The notes under the pieces were generated by a model. That model saw nothing but the letters and a program-made list of their open reading frames with translations, searched no databases and was not told the DNA's origin. Below are positions 35,025-49,024 of a stretch of DNA of 64,000 bases, in pieces; position 1 is the first letter of the stretch, and each line of letters starts with the position of its first letter. Source of the DNA: Tricharina praecox (taxonomy: Eukaryota); contig NW_026250445.1 in assembly GCF_024521635.1 (NCBI RefSeq), positions 62,001-126,000 on the forward strand, in the 5' to 3' direction. Position numbers and translations under genes: made by a program.

Positions 35025-36794
35025 GGAGGGTAGGTCTGACGGTGGTGCAGGGCACTGTGTTTTAGCCTAGCCAAATTCTTGTAATATTACAGTAGGTTTT
35101 GCGCAGTTTGCAGTACCTAGTTACACCGCCGACAGCCACGGCTCACGTATACTCTCCTACGTACTTAAACTGATTGTCTGTTTGAACTTCACCTTCACTG
35201 AGGTTTTTTTCTTCCACATAAATTCGAAACATCTCACGTGTTTTTCCTTTCCGGAGGTATCCAGATATGCTTAAGCCAGCCGTAGTCCCGATTCCACGCT
35301 AGTGCTGTGGGCATCCTCGGTGGTTGCCTGGAGGCGTGAGGCCGTAATTGATGAGCTTTCGGAGCGCACCAAGTGCATCGAGAAATGCAGAATCTATATA
35401 CACGAGCGAAGTACTGTACTTACTGTATAGTGAAGGGGAGGGTAAAAAATACGCTTTGTGACCGTACCGATACGCCAAGAAGCGTGTTTTTTACCCCCCC
35501 TCCCTCCCCCCCCCCTCCCCCCTCACTATACAGTACTCAACCACCAAGGCGCGAGAAACAAAAAAGTAAAAGTGTATTCCAGGTTCGGGGCTCGAACCAG
35601 CAAAAGAGCGCACTCTCCAAGGTTGTTATCCTTGCACAGCCGGTAGACCTTGGATGACGGAGACCCGCACCACCTGGGAAATTCGCTGCAACTGAGCCAT
35701 GATCACTGCATTTGCGCATCTTCCATTTGATCCTATGACCCATGTGTCACGTGAGCTGCAACAAATTATCAACCTCCGCAGCTCTGGTTTTCTTTTTTTA
35801 AAAAAAAAAGAAATCTTTGATAGCTTGTGACCTGGCTTTCTAGATCATACATAGCACTACACACTCCGTTTCCTATCAACTGTCCAATTCAACCGAGGTC
35901 GTGGCTTCACCTGCCCTTCGCCCTATTAGGTAGCCATTCCCAATGATACATGATGTAGGTACATAGTAGAGCGCACCAAGGATCGCTTAAGGCCCCAGGC
36001 TTGAAAATGAGGTCACGAGACTAGAGTACAATCCCGATAACCAACCGTCCTCAGCACGTCCTCCATATTCTTGCAGCGCGCTTTCGTTTCCTAACCCCCA
36101 TGACACGACGCGCCTCGTCCCAGGTACGATTGGGGTATTGATGTTTCCAAAAAACTACCACTGCAATTAAATACCATAGTACTCCCACTACATACCTAGT
36201 AATTACCAATTTCATATCGTTCCCCATATCGCCACCAGCACGGTATACCTATATGATATGTACTATACAGAACTGCCGAACGCCGACGACGACGGTATGC
36301 AGTGATGCACTCCCAGTCTCCCAGTCTCTCAGACTCCCTCCCACAGCTGCCTAAGTAGTTATGCCCGGCAGCCGCGTCGGAGGGAAACGACCAACCGACC
36401 GTCCGCCCGACTGCGGGTGTCATACTTTCAAGTTTCGGACGCGGCCTCGCACAACACAGCACGACTCAAACCACGGGGTAGTAAAACGGTATGGCTCAAG
36501 AGTCAAATGCCACACAGAGACCTCGACCAGCCCGCCATACCCGTCCCACAGATAGAGTAGAGTAAGCCGCGCTTCAGTTTCTGCTTTTATCGTTTCGATT
36601 GTCCCAACTCCCCCGGCTTTCCCGGCTCTTCGCACGCCGCACGCTTCCTCGCTCCCTGTATGTGGCCACATATCCGCCACCTCCGAATAGAGATTCACAC
36701 CACAGCCCCACCACAACCCCACCACCCATCACCGACCAACCACTGCAGCAAAACATATGCTTCCTAGCACAGCCAGAAAAAGCGAAACAATTTA

Positions 36795-36884
36795 GGCTCG
36801 AACCCGGATTTGAACCGGGGACCTCTCGCACTTGATGCTTAGGAGTAACCCTAAGCGAGAATCATACCACTAGACCATCCGAGC
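36795..36884 (-). tRNA. tRNA-Pro(AGG) with 18-nt intron
   Basis: GCTCGGATGGTCTAGTGGTATGATTCTCGCTTAGGG[intron]TGCGAGAGGTCCCCGGTTCAAATCCGGGTTCGAGCC; cloverleaf stems pair, A/B boxes present, oligo-T downstream. Confidence 0.95.
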
Positions 36885-37424
36885 GTGTTTGATGTGTTTG
36901 TGTGGAGGGTGCACCTATGAGGGTATCAACGCAGAGGATGAGGCTTTTATATACCGAACAAATGCCTATTTTTTGGAAAAAATAACTTTATGTGTCGATC
37001 GCTTGTATGTTTGATTGCTGCGCCGCGTGATGGTCTCTGAAGTTGCCCTATCCCTTCTGGTTGTGGAGGAAAGACACGGGACTTTTGGAGGAATGTCGGC
37101 TCGAGGTATCCCCAACACAAGGAAGGAATCACAATCCACAACAACCGATAGATAACGAGCGAGACGAGCAACAAGAAGTGCGATCCATGATTCGAACCTC
37201 ATTGAATATCCAAGACTATTAAAACCGCATCGCGCAACAGCAAAAGCCCCTATGATACCTAACAAAAGAAAATAAAAATAAAAATAAAAAGAAACCATAC
37301 ATTACACATGAAACCACACGGTCTCCCAAAACAGAAACAAAAGCATCGCATCCATAATACAAAGCCCGGACTAAACAACTAAACAACCAGAAGGAAACGC
37401 GACACCCATCCCATGCCTTGCCGC

Positions 37425-40400
37425 CTAAATGATATCATCGAACCTGACCTTCATGCACGTAGGGAACGGCCAAAAGCTGCTCCAGTCCTCGGTCATGTAG
37501 ACCTTGAAGCCGCCAGGCTTAGGGATAGTCTTCATGTGTCCCTGGGGGCCAGGGGCTCTTCGGAGACCCTTGAGTTTTCCAAACTCCATCAGCATGGTGG
37601 TCAAGCCGACGATGTTCGCGTGCTTGCCGAGACACTCGTGCGGGCCGTCGCCGTACTGCATGTAGCTGGCATCGGGGCGGTCGAGCTTGACCTGCAGCGG
37701 GTCCGGGAAGACTACCGGGTCGCGCGACGCGGATATGAATGAGACGAACACCAGGTCGTTCTTGACGAGGGGCACTTGGCGCGCTCCGTCACTGAGCGTG
37801 ATCGAGTCGGTGTCTACGCGCCGGTAGAGCCCGAATGTACCCGCGAGACGGCCGCCCTCAAGTGCATACTTCTTGATGATCTCCCATGCCTCGTCGGTAT
37901 CCTCGGCTGCGAGACGCTGGATATCGGCGAGATGGTGGGCGTTCTCGGGCTCCAGGTAGAAGTCCAGGACCTGGGCGAAGATTTGCGCTTGGTTGGGTGC
38001 CGAGGCACCGGCGGTGGGAATAATGTACTTCCAGGTCACGTCGTAGGGAGAGTCGCCGGATTCCAGGAGGCGCTTGATCATGTGGTGGCCGTAGTCGTGA
38101 AGGGCCGACTTGTTACGACCCTGGATGTTGAGCGGGTCGAAGGTGCCCTGCAGCCAGCCCCAGGTCTTCATCGCCTTCACTTGGGTCTCCACGACCGCAC
38201 CGAGTTGGCGCGTGACGGCTTTGGCCACGTGTCGCATGGGGAAGGACTTGGAGGTGTCGATATCGAAGAAGATGGCGATAAACATCGCGCACAGAACCAT
38301 GTACAACTGCTGCTCGGTGTAGATACCCTTGGGGTGGTCCTCAGTCTTGAGCGGAAGGTTGAAGATGGTGGCGGCGAATATCGTCTGCGCCATGTTTCCA
38401 ATGTCGCGTACGGCGTCGACCTGGTAGCACTCGGCTCCTTGGATCTGGTACGCCTTCTTGCGGATGAGCTTCTTGGTGAGGTCCTTGTAGAAGGTGCGGA
38501 TCTGCGCCTTCCAGTCCACACCTTGGAGGTACAACCGGTCACCGACGAACTTCCTCATGGTGGCGTAGTGGCCTCCGTCGCCGGAAAGCATGAATGGGGC
38601 TTCCATGATGTAGTCGAAGCCGGCACCCCAGGTGATCTTGAAGTTGGTGTCGTCGTTGAGGATCTGCTTGACGGCCGTGTAAGATCCAACGGGTACACGA
38701 GGCTTGATGAACTTTGGTCGCTCGAAGTCGAACTGATCCACAGTGCCCAGGGCGGTGTGGATCCTACGGTTTTCAAGGGGTATGGTGAGAGGGTGCATGG
38801 CGTAGATACTGTTGAATTTGAAGTGGTTGGGGAACGCCTTCAGGATCAGCTTGTAGCCGACGCAGCCGTGAACGACATTGGGATTGGAAGAGGCCTCCTC
38901 GATACCCCAGTTGGTGAGTGCAGCGGCGGTGTAGTCGACGGTGTAGAAACGGTCGGCACGCACCAACGTCACAGCATCGGAAAGGATGGCGCGGGACACG
39001 GTGTAGGTGGGACCGATACCGACACCGGGAACCATCGGCGCCTTGTCGTCCTCGGCAACGATGCCGGGGTAGAGCTCGACGAAATCGGGGTGATCGTAGA
39101 GTTGGCGGAGGGAGTTGGCAACAATGGGATCGGGGTTGATTTCCTCGAAGGTCTTGTGCTTCTTCAGGCCGAAGAACTCACGGAACTCGTTCAACGATGC
39201 CACCTTCCATTTACGGGTCTGCTCGATACCGAGAACCTCCACCAGGCGGAGGACGTGGGGGACGTTGCGGGCACCGAATGCGCCAGCAGGGTCCTCAATG
39301 CTCTCGGTCAGAAGACCGACGAGATCTTCGTCCTTGAAATGACCATCAGGCAGCCTCTCGAAGTTCTCGATCGTCCGCTCCGCCGGGTCAGCGGGAATCG
39401 AGTGCTCCCAGATGTGTACACCGATCATGAACTCTTGCAACGTCAACTTCTCGGTGTCCTTTCCGGGGAACAAGTTCTTGTAGAACTTCTGTGTCCATTC
39501 GTCGTCGCGCTTCGAAATGCACGAATGCCATCGGTACACCAGGTTGAACTCGACGGACACCATGTTACCGACACCCGCTGGGGTGCCGTCAGGGTTGTAC
39601 TGCTTGGATGGGTCGAACCGAGGATCCAGGGTCCATGTGGTGTCCACGCGGTTGAGGTTGACGATTGTGCGGAGGTAGTCGTTGAGGATGAAGTTGATGT
39701 AAAGACCACACGTCACCAGTCGGGAGACCTGGAAGAGATCCTCGTCTTGCTGAACCAGAGCCTTGGCCTTCTTGGTCTCCTCGTCGTCTTTGTGCCACCT
39801 GCGGTCATTCTTGAGGTCGAATCGACCACCCTCGTTGATCTCCTTCAATCTGTGATTGTCGTCAGCTCTGGTCCCCCGATTACGACGTAGAGATTGGGGG
39901 GATGACTTACTGTGTCGCGACGTGGTTGTGGAATCGCGCAAACATCAGGAGCATAACCGACACTCCGGGTGGGAACGCCAACAGACGCTTCTCAGCGAAG
40001 ACGTCGTTCTTGAGCCTACCATCCTTGAATGTTCGCACCGTGTTTTGCTGTTCTTGGTCGATACCATACAGAGGGGACAGATCCAGGTACGATGATGTAT
40101 CCGAAATGGTGGGATCCAAGCGGTTCGTACGGAAGAGATCTATTGATATCAGACACCACTCGGCACGGAAAAAGAACAAATAGTGGGTAGCTTACCGTGA
40201 ATGATGATACTTGCGATGTAGAAGAGCATACTGCTAACATTGTTGGTGCTCGGGCGGTAATTCTCTCCGTTCTTTCCTCGGCTGTAGAGGGCATCAAAGA
40301 CAGTGGCGGCATCCGGGGGTGCACCAGGCATCCTCGTCATGGGCTTCACCGAGCGGGCATACGCTGAACCTGCGCGGCCGAGATTGGGGTCCAGGATGTT

Positions 40401-41034
40401 GTTCATGCTTCCGTCCGCTTGACGGTACATGTACTGGGCACCGCAGTACGAGAGAGGAGGATGTTGCAGTGCGTCCCACAGGCCGTCGACTTGGTGTGTG
40501 GTAAGCTTGACCCTCAACTTACTGGTCGTGGGTAGTCGGCAGGTCAATTGGATCATACGTTCCATCTGTTCATGTTAGATGATGACCACAATCGAAACTT
40601 GTATAAACCCACAACGAAAGGGAAAGGAAGATACTCACGATCATCGTCTTGTCGTCAACGGGACCACCCTTCCGTCGGCCATTGGCGAAGATCCACAGAG
40701 TCTCGAGTGACTCCTTCAGGAAGCCTCCTTTCCGCAGTGCGGCAACGTCTGCTCTGATACCCGTCTTGACTTCCTCCTCATCCTCGGTTTCACCCTTCCC
40801 ATTGCCGTAGCGATGGGGTAAGGGCCGATTCGATGCACGGATGAGGGACGCAAACTTGGTAAATGTTGCCTCGACCTCTTTCTGGGAGGGCTTTGCTACT
40901 GGAGGGCTGATTCTGGTCACGGCGGTATTGCGGCTGCCATTGGGGTGACCATTCGACGACGATGCGGTGATCTCGACCGGTTCGTACATGGGAAAGTCTG
41001 GGGCCTTTGACTTTGATCCGTTGTATGATGCCAT
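37425..41034 (-). CDS. ppo: Psi-producing oxygenase / linoleate diol synthase (fatty-acid heme dioxygenase fused to a P450 domain), ~1139 aa; exons 41034-40639, 40565-40196, 40139-39911, 39849-37425
   Basis: 'LQHPPLSY..YRQADGS.NN..P.LG.AG..YARSV', distal His 'IIIHDLFRTN', 'SSYLDLSPLYG', catalytic Tyr and proximal His 'EFNLVYRWH', 'VELYPGIVAE'. C-terminal P450 heme motif 'YGDGPHECLG' and 'NQAQ'. The paralog (ppoA/7,8-LDS/other) cannot be assigned by eye. Confidence 0.93.
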
Positions 41035-44000
41035 TATTGTAGGAGGTGATCGTGTTGGTCTTCGAGGCCGTTCGCTGAAGAGACACAGAGAGGATTAAGG
41101 GAAGAGGGAGGGGGATATAACTGTATGAAAGCAGAAATCGTTCAGTGGAGGGTTGGGTGGGTGGCCATGGCTATTTCAACAGCACCGGAACATGGAGGGG
41201 AAGAATGCGAGACAAGATAATTGCATGTAATTCCGCAGACGATCACGAACGAACGTACTTCCGACACCTCACCAACCACCCTTCTCGTTCCTCTTCCCTG
41301 ACCTCGTCCCGTCACCATCGTCCTCAGCTCCGCATACAGCACCCCTCGGCGCACGCACCCGACATTCTTTTCCGCATTGGACCGTTATCAGCAGGAATTC
41401 GCGGTGGACGGTGATATGCGCCAGCGGATACGGTCCTGCGTGGTCTCTCCGAGTGAACCCCTCATGCAGCCCATTCAATTGGCCCACTGCGAATCCAGCC
41501 GTGCGATCGTGGTCTGCCGTGCAACCCGCGCAGTGTCCGTCTTGTCCACAGTGGGCAGGATTTTCGGTTGAGTCGGGCCTCCACTCTTAGTCCGACGAGC
41601 TTTCGGTTCATCTTTCACTGGTGGTGGTGGTGTGGCCGACTCACGACGACGACGTCGATGTCTCAAATAGTGTCTTGAAGTTAGTGTGCGCGCGATGATT
41701 GAGAAAAGCAGGTGCCAAGTGCCCCCTCCGAGAGGCCAGGGCCCATGGTGGATCAGGGTTCAGGGTTCGGTGCACAGGCTCAGAACGAAACAACCTTGCA
41801 ATCATTAGTCGATCGATAGCCGACCAGCGGATGCATATCGAGCCAATCGAGCGCAGTACACAGCCCAATCGAGCAGATCGACGCTGGAGACGGCGTAGTT
41901 TGTTTGTTGCTGTTCGGGAGGCCATCGACACGGTCCTTTTCCCTTTTCCTTTTCCGTTTTCATATTGTCCTGTAGATACTACTCTACTCCGGTTAGTGCT
42001 CGACCTCATCCGGTCATGGCCGCCAATTGAAAGGGGAGGTTTATTTTATATCTGTATTTTGTTTTGTTTGTGTTTTAATTTCAATTACATCCTTCACGGT
42101 TACAGGTGGTTGGGTGAAACACCACAGTGACCACACCCCGAGAGGTTTTCCCACGAGTTGCTCAGTTGTAGGACGCGAATCGTCCAGGAACGGGTGTGCC
42201 TGCCGTCGATCTGCAGTCAAGCGCCACAAACCATTGACAGCCGTTCTCGGATGCAGAGTACCGTATCAGACAATTCCTCAGGCTTGTCGATTCCGTGAGT
42301 CTGCGGAGTAATACCGGTAGCGTAACCAACCCAACCACAACGCTGTGCCGAAATGAGGAGAAAAAAGCTGCACAGAGAGAGTGCGTATGTCTCACGACTC
42401 CACCTCTCCACTTCTCCACCTCACGACGGACGAGCGCGGTCACGAGGGAGCATTATTCGGATGCGCACTGCGAGTCGCACATTACTCTGCGTAGGAGGAT
42501 CACCGACTTTATCCGCCTATGCACAGTTACATAGCACCCACCACTGGTTTGTCCTGACCCAGCTCAGCTGAGACACTGCTGGGGTTCAGCCTCTCGCCAA
42601 CTTCAGCTGAAAGCGACACCGCGACTCGATTGGCAGTGGTGGGCGAGTCGGCCCCCGCAAAATAACTCAATTATGTTTCAGGCCCCAATCTCTGGTCGGT
42701 TATTAGTTATTGCGTAACTACTCTGCGATCATCACTTGGAGGTCCAATCGATTTCAGTCTTCAGCGGCGGCGGGTCGGTCACCGCGGAATCCGGCCCCCG
42801 CAGACCAGGCCTACGGTTGCTCGGCATGTGTAAGTCGTGTTTATCGGAAGGGAGAAAGGGAAAGGGAACGGGCGGGCGACGATTGACTGCCGAGCTTACA
42901 AACTATGATAGTCCCGCACATCAATGGCCAATCCAATGCCCAATGCCTCTCATCTGTAATATCTATCCCTCATACCAATCGCAATGCCCAACGCCCAATG
43001 CCCAATGCCCATCGTCCATGGTACATACCATACCTATTCCTCGGAGCAGCGCAATCCCCTGCGGCTGCCATCTTGATTCCTGACGTCCATAAGAGCGGTA
43101 CCGGTGCGGTACGTACCTACTCAATGACGGGGAGGGGGGGCGGATGAATCGCGACGGCAGTTCGTACCACCGCCATCCAACATCCGACATGTGTGTCCGT
43201 AATCCAGTAATCTTCTCCATCGCCATCCAGATTCCATGCTCTAAAGTTTGTGGCGTCAAGCCAGATCTATGGGGAGGTCGATCCACCAACACAGATCCGG
43301 TGGCCCCGGCGGGCGTAGCCTCTACACTACTTGTAAAAGGTCCTCTAGGTAGACGATGGTTAGACCGGGAAAACGATCTCCCTGGTGCCTCGCTTACCTT
43401 ATGCCTACTACGGTAAAGTAAAGTACTAGGTACATCCGAAAAAAAAGACCCTATCACGGAGAGGGCGCCAAAACCAACCGCACCGCCGTTCAACCGAAAG
43501 CGAGCGAGCGATTAGAGTTGACTACTAGTTACCTCATAGCACTCAAGCGGTGAGGGATCCACCCCCTATCCATCACACCGTCCAGGCGAGTTCGCCGAGG
43601 ACCAGTCCCGACCAAGTATTTACCCAACCCTCGTCTGGGGCTTCATGCGAAGCCCTGCATTAGTTACGATGCTCTACTCTATCGACCTAATCCCTCTTGT
43701 ACGATACGATACGGTGCCCGATGCCTACCTACTTTACCACTAGCGATTGCAAACCAAACACCGTGTATGATGTAGGCATGGGGGCTACCAACGAGTGCGT
43801 GAAGAATTGGAGGTTTGTAAGCTTCCCCCGATTCGTGCCATGGCCCGCGAGTCCGAGACATGTCGACGCGAGGCGGCGGGGCGGGGCGGGGCGGGCGGCG
43901 GGGCGGCGGGGCGCCGTAGACCGCTTGTTTTTTTGGACGGACGCCGGACGGCATGCAACTCGAAGTCTCAGAGTCTCAAGGTCTCAGAAGCTCAGAAGCT

Positions 44001-45421
44001 CAGGGTTTTATATCGCCATCGGGCGGGGAAGGGGATTCCGGACGTCGTGCTGCGCGACTGCGGCGGCGATTGGCAGGTGGGGAGCCAGCCACCCAGGCAC
44101 TACATAGACTACATCCTACATGCACTTTCCGATGATTGTATTGCCATGGCGCTCAATATCGTGGGATACTGGTACATACTTTACTCTGCACACTCTACTC
44201 TACATATGATACTAGGTGCTCAGTCTGAGGGGACATCTGCGACTCTGGAGTCTGCATGGACACCTCGTACATATTCCACATATCTACATTACCACACCCA
44301 CTCGTCTCGCACCCAAGGGCCAAGGCAGATTACTCAGGCATCCGCATCCTATGCGCATCCCCACCTCGTTCGCATTCTCGCCCCCTCCCCGTCCTAACAT
44401 CCCAGCATTCCCTTCCTTTCCCTGAAGAAAAAAACAGGTCTCAGAGACCGTAAGACTCACGACTCACAATTCACGACGGACGGTGTACAGACTTCGCACA
44501 CAACGTATGACACTGCACGACACTGCACGGCATGTTGTCCCAACCCAAGCTCCAGATTTGAGCTCCTGGATACCTATCTACCAAAGACGGCAACCAGCTC
44601 CCTGCGTATAAATCCGCCCCACCCCGCTGGGCGAAGCACTGGGAGGGTAGGTGGAACGAGAAGGAGAAGGAGAAGGAAGCTGGAATCGCTGGAATCGCTG
44701 GAATCGCTGGATAGGTAGGTAGGTGCGTTGGGGACACCGAACGAGTTGCGCACATGAACGTCCGGCACGATGTTGGGATGGAATGACTGATTATGGTGTT
44801 GATTCGCAGCCTTTGCCCAGCGACGTTACCGAATGGGTACGAGTACGATACCAATAGATCGAATACCGTACGGTACGGTATATCAACAGTTAACGTTACG
44901 GATCCAATACCGGTACCGTGGAATCAACTACGCCAGTGGTCTTGGTGGGCTGAGGATACTTAAGTACATACTTGCAGCGAATAAGCCGTGATTCGGTGAG
45001 TCTACCAGACCCCCACCTTTACGAATTCCTTGCGGTTGGCATCTTGGGGCAGTTGGACGGCACGCCCACCCACTTCTGACTTTCGAAAAAAAAAACATTC
45101 AGACCCAAGTGTTTGCGCCAGATCCCGAACCCACTCAATCCCATAGTCGAGTTGTGAGAATGACATTGCCATTCTACTACCTACATAGTAGTATCTACGA
45201 ACACCAAAGTAGTTGTGGGTCCGAGAATCAAAAAGAGCTGTGAACACTGAAAACCCTCGGTCGCCCACCTGCTACATAACGAGCATCCCGTGTTATTGCA
45301 GACTTTGCCCGTTGATAGTAATTCCGCATTAAAAGATGGATTGACTCCGAACCAAAAGGAACCAGCCAAAATAAGGAAACATCCAAAGAAAAAGGACTGC
45401 TGCAAGGAAGCAAAAGGAATG

Positions 45422-45511
45422 GGCTCGAACCCGGATTTGAACCGGGGACCTCTCGCAATTGATGCTTAGGAGCGACCCTAAGCGAGAATCATACCACTAG
45501 ACCATCCGAGC
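45422..45511 (-). tRNA. tRNA-Pro(AGG) with 18-nt intron
   Basis: Exons identical to the 36795 copy; intron tcgctcctaagcatcaat. Confidence 0.95.
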
Positions 45512-46737
45512 TATTGAGATGGCCACTCAAAAACAAATGTCATCAACCAGTGCGCAAATCACTGAAGGCAAGAATCCAATAGCCCACCTACAGTTGGTAA
45601 GTACATCGGTGACAAGGAGCCTATTTACCAGAGTTAAGCGGCGGTGTGTCCGAAGATGACCGCAACTGTCGCAACTGTCGCAACTGGAATTGAGCCATCC
45701 ACCGCTACGGTTGTGAACCGTGGTGGTCAAGGACTGAGGGTGGACCTTCAACTTTCAAGAGATGGATGAAATTGCATGGTGCGCCGGAAGGGCCATTGTG
45801 GCTTATTTTGTATCGGTAGTAAAGACCTGAGGATAGTGGGCGCCAGACCAGATGTATACTCGCAATACAATGATTAAATTTCGCTTCTCATATCTCCAGC
45901 AACCGTACATGGTTCTTGTTATCGGGTTACAGTCCAGCATGCGGCGTTCACACCCTGAGATCCATAAGATGAGATAATCTGGGCAATTCCTCACGAAGCA
46001 CCAATGAATACTGCACAAATGCAGAGTTGAAGTCGCTCGTACATATGTACCGGGATCATTCTGCCGCGCCGGGCTACAGCGAGTGACGTTGTATGTGTCG
46101 GTTCGGTTAGGCTGTTCGCTAGATACTCCATCCAATAACGACGACCACACGCACGACACAACAACACCCGCGATTAACATCCTCACCTTTTGAAATGCTC
46201 AATTTCATCTCCGAATGAGAACTCTTATTTGTTTGTTTCTCTAGAATAACTCTACAAGACGAAGTAGTTAGCGATCACTATCTTTGCTCACCCGAATTTG
46301 TATGTAGTTGACGCCGGACGTGATCACTCGACTCGGCAGGAACTCCCAAGATCTTTAGGCCACCACTTGTTACAACGCCCCTGAAAGTATCACAATAAGA
46401 GGTTTATCTACAACATGAATCCAACAGGCTCAGCGAGAAGCTATAGATTACCTTCGGAGGGTAGAATCCGGACAGAACCGAACAGCGCCGTACATACGGT
46501 TTATACTACCAACCCCAAAACCGATAAATATCCTTTCCACGGGCGTCTAGATATTCTGTCTTCAAGGCCGTCCATCTTCATCTCCAAATCACAACCTGCA
46601 CCAGCGAGTGCTCGCACCTGTATGCACACGCGCATTCTCTCGACCGAACCGAAAACAACGTTGACAGGGTCAGTAGTGCGGTGCGCAAAGGGTTAACCAC
46701 GTATATATAAGCCAGCCGCATCATGAGATATCAATCA

Positions 46738-46826
46738 GCTCGGATGGTCTAGTGGTATGATTCTCGCTTAGGGTCGCTCCTGAGCATAATTGCGAGAGGT
46801 CCCCGGTTCAAATCCGGGTTCGAGCC
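46738..46826 (+). tRNA. tRNA-Pro(AGG) with 17-nt intron
   Basis: Identical exons; intron tcgctcctgagcataat; TATATATAA about 30 nt upstream. Confidence 0.95.
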
Positions 46827-48030
46827 TGGTCTTCACTACTTTGCTTCGCAGAGGTTTTCTTTTTACTGGTGCAGATGAGCCCTTTTTACTGGCGGGGACT
46901 GGTGCACTGATTGAGTGAATGCTGCCGTGCCACTGCCACGTCGACGAAGATACTAGTTGTAACGCATGTCCGCTCCGGTGTTCTTTTTTGGTGAACGTTC
47001 GTAGCGGCAAGTAGCTGCGGTGGGCTGACGGCCGTCGGCGACTGGCATTCACTAGGGATCATGTATAGTACCTACTACTAGTAGTAGTGCGACTGGTGAT
47101 CCCCGGCGGTTCCACGGCCGCCCAACCTTATTGGCAGACGACCGCTGTTAGGTACATACATACGGAAAACCTACCAAAATGGCAGAATCCCGCATCGGAG
47201 GCAACCAACCGCCCCGGATTGCCGCTTGGGTCGAGTCCGTACACTACTGGTACACAGTTCGCCGGGTCATTCATTCGAATTGAGTTGACCGATGGAAGTA
47301 TGTATCAGTATACTTTTATACTTTTATTACATACCTGAAACGCGGTTGGTTCACGATGCTGCGTATTTTTACGTACTAATGTACGGCTCGGAAACTTCCG
47401 CGTTGTTTCGCACTCGGCCGAATTTTGGACGCTCAAGGATCCGAATATTTTTTTTGGCGGCGGCGGGCCTAGTTTCGATTTTGGTCTTGTCCCCGAGGAA
47501 CCCCGGGGGTGTGTATTCGACACTGCGGGAGGAGTTTCGGGCATACCGTTACCTATTCTATCGGTGCGACGGTGCCGCTTCTCTCCCGTGCGCCTCGACT
47601 CAAATCGATGTGAGCGATCCGAATTCTTGAGTAGCAGTCGCGGTGTTCGTGGCCGATTCGTGAGTGAAAAGCGTCCGCCGTTCCAAGCCACAGTGGACGA
47701 TGCGCGACTGCTTGCGTAGGGAGAATATCAGAGAAAGGTTTTCGTTTTCGTCTTGTCGCTGTTGTTTCCTTTTTTCGTTTCCTTTCGTTTCCTTTTGTTT
47801 CTGGATTGATTGCATGCTGCCTTTGGGACCGTAGATGATAGAAACGTACACACTTCTCCTAGTGTTATTTGTAACCCAGATGGAGATCTCTGTGCAGCAA
47901 CTCCGCCTTACTTGCCGGGCTGTTGTACGCGGTTGCAGAAAGGTTGGATCGAGCGCTGCGGATGGTAGCTATGATGCCTGAAATGATGTGCTCGCATTAT
48001 TTTAGCATTATTGTTAGTGTATATCAACCA

Positions 48031-48120
48031 GCTCGGATGGTCTAGTGGTATGATTCTCGCTTAGGGTCGCTCCTAAGCATCAATTGCGAGAGGTCCCCGG
48101 TTCAAATCCGGGTTCGAGCC
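48031..48120 (+). tRNA. tRNA-Pro(AGG) with 18-nt intron
   Basis: Identical exons; intron tcgctcctaagcatcaat; TTTCTTTT immediately downstream. Confidence 0.95.
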
Positions 48121-49024
48121 TGTTTCTTTTGCTCTGGCCACCCCTGTTGATAGGGGCCGTTGTTTTGCCCGCTTATTCTCTTGCCTACCCATGCGGTGAT
48201 GGTGGTGCTGGGATATGGCCGAGAGTCATTCCCACTTGCCATGACTACTACGGTACGAGCGGCTCGAGTCCTCGAGTCTCGAGGGATTGCCTCTGCTTTG
48301 CTTTTGTCCCCGTTTCACCACTCACGCGAAAGACCGACGGAAACTCATAGTCATACCTAGCCCGAATGTTCAGGAAAACGAGTGATCCACTGATCCCATA
48401 CCACGCGCAGTCATCCTCACTTCAGTCTTCAGTCTTCGGTTTCCAGTTCAGTTCAACTCATATCGATTCAATCCATCATCCACAGTACATAGTAGGTACA
48501 CTGAGTCACCGACTTGTATCATCACAACCGACTCGACTCGACTCAAAAACACAAAAGACATCCGGCGACAAATAGCCAGTCCGGGATGGATATTAGTTAG
48601 CAGCACTGAAGCGGCCCCTCTCTCGGGCTTTTACACCTCACACACTCTTCCTAGCTCAAAAAAAAAAGTAACAGTGGAAGAAGCAACAATCCATAACGGC
48701 AATGAAAACAAAATCGAAAGAAAAAGAAGAAAAGATTTGTACATAAGTTAAGGACAAAACTTCAAACTCATGTACACCCACCACCCATCTAGAGTACCAC
48801 CCACTCACTCACCCACCGTGTCTTCGGTGGCCATGCTATGTACCAACCAACCTTCGTCAGATATTCATCCCCCCATGCAAGCCATCTCACCATTCTCACC
48901 ATGCCCCCAGTCCGTCCGTGATGTCCGTGATGCTTATCCCCATCATTCGTTGTGAAGCAAAGAAAAAAAGAACCAAACGAAAAACTCAAAAGCAGAGAAA
49001 GAAAGGAACAAAAACGAAACGCGA

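Noticed and set aside
35583..35600. ggggctcgaacc resembling the 3' end of tRNA-Pro on the minus strand
   Set aside because: Only ~10 nt match and no cloverleaf.
14400..36700. Starship or other large mobile element carrying the NLRs
   Set aside because: No tyrosine-recombinase captain, transposase, terminal repeats or target-site duplication was recognisable in the window.
37776..39890. 704-aa antisense ORF over ppo (likewise 6101-7564 over the DUF3433 gene)
   Set aside because: Shadow ORFs expected from strong C/G third-position bias; no motifs.
41100..45400. Numerous short ORFs upstream of ppo
   Set aside because: Low-complexity, duplication-rich sequence without coding bias or motifs; best read as a long regulatory or intergenic region.
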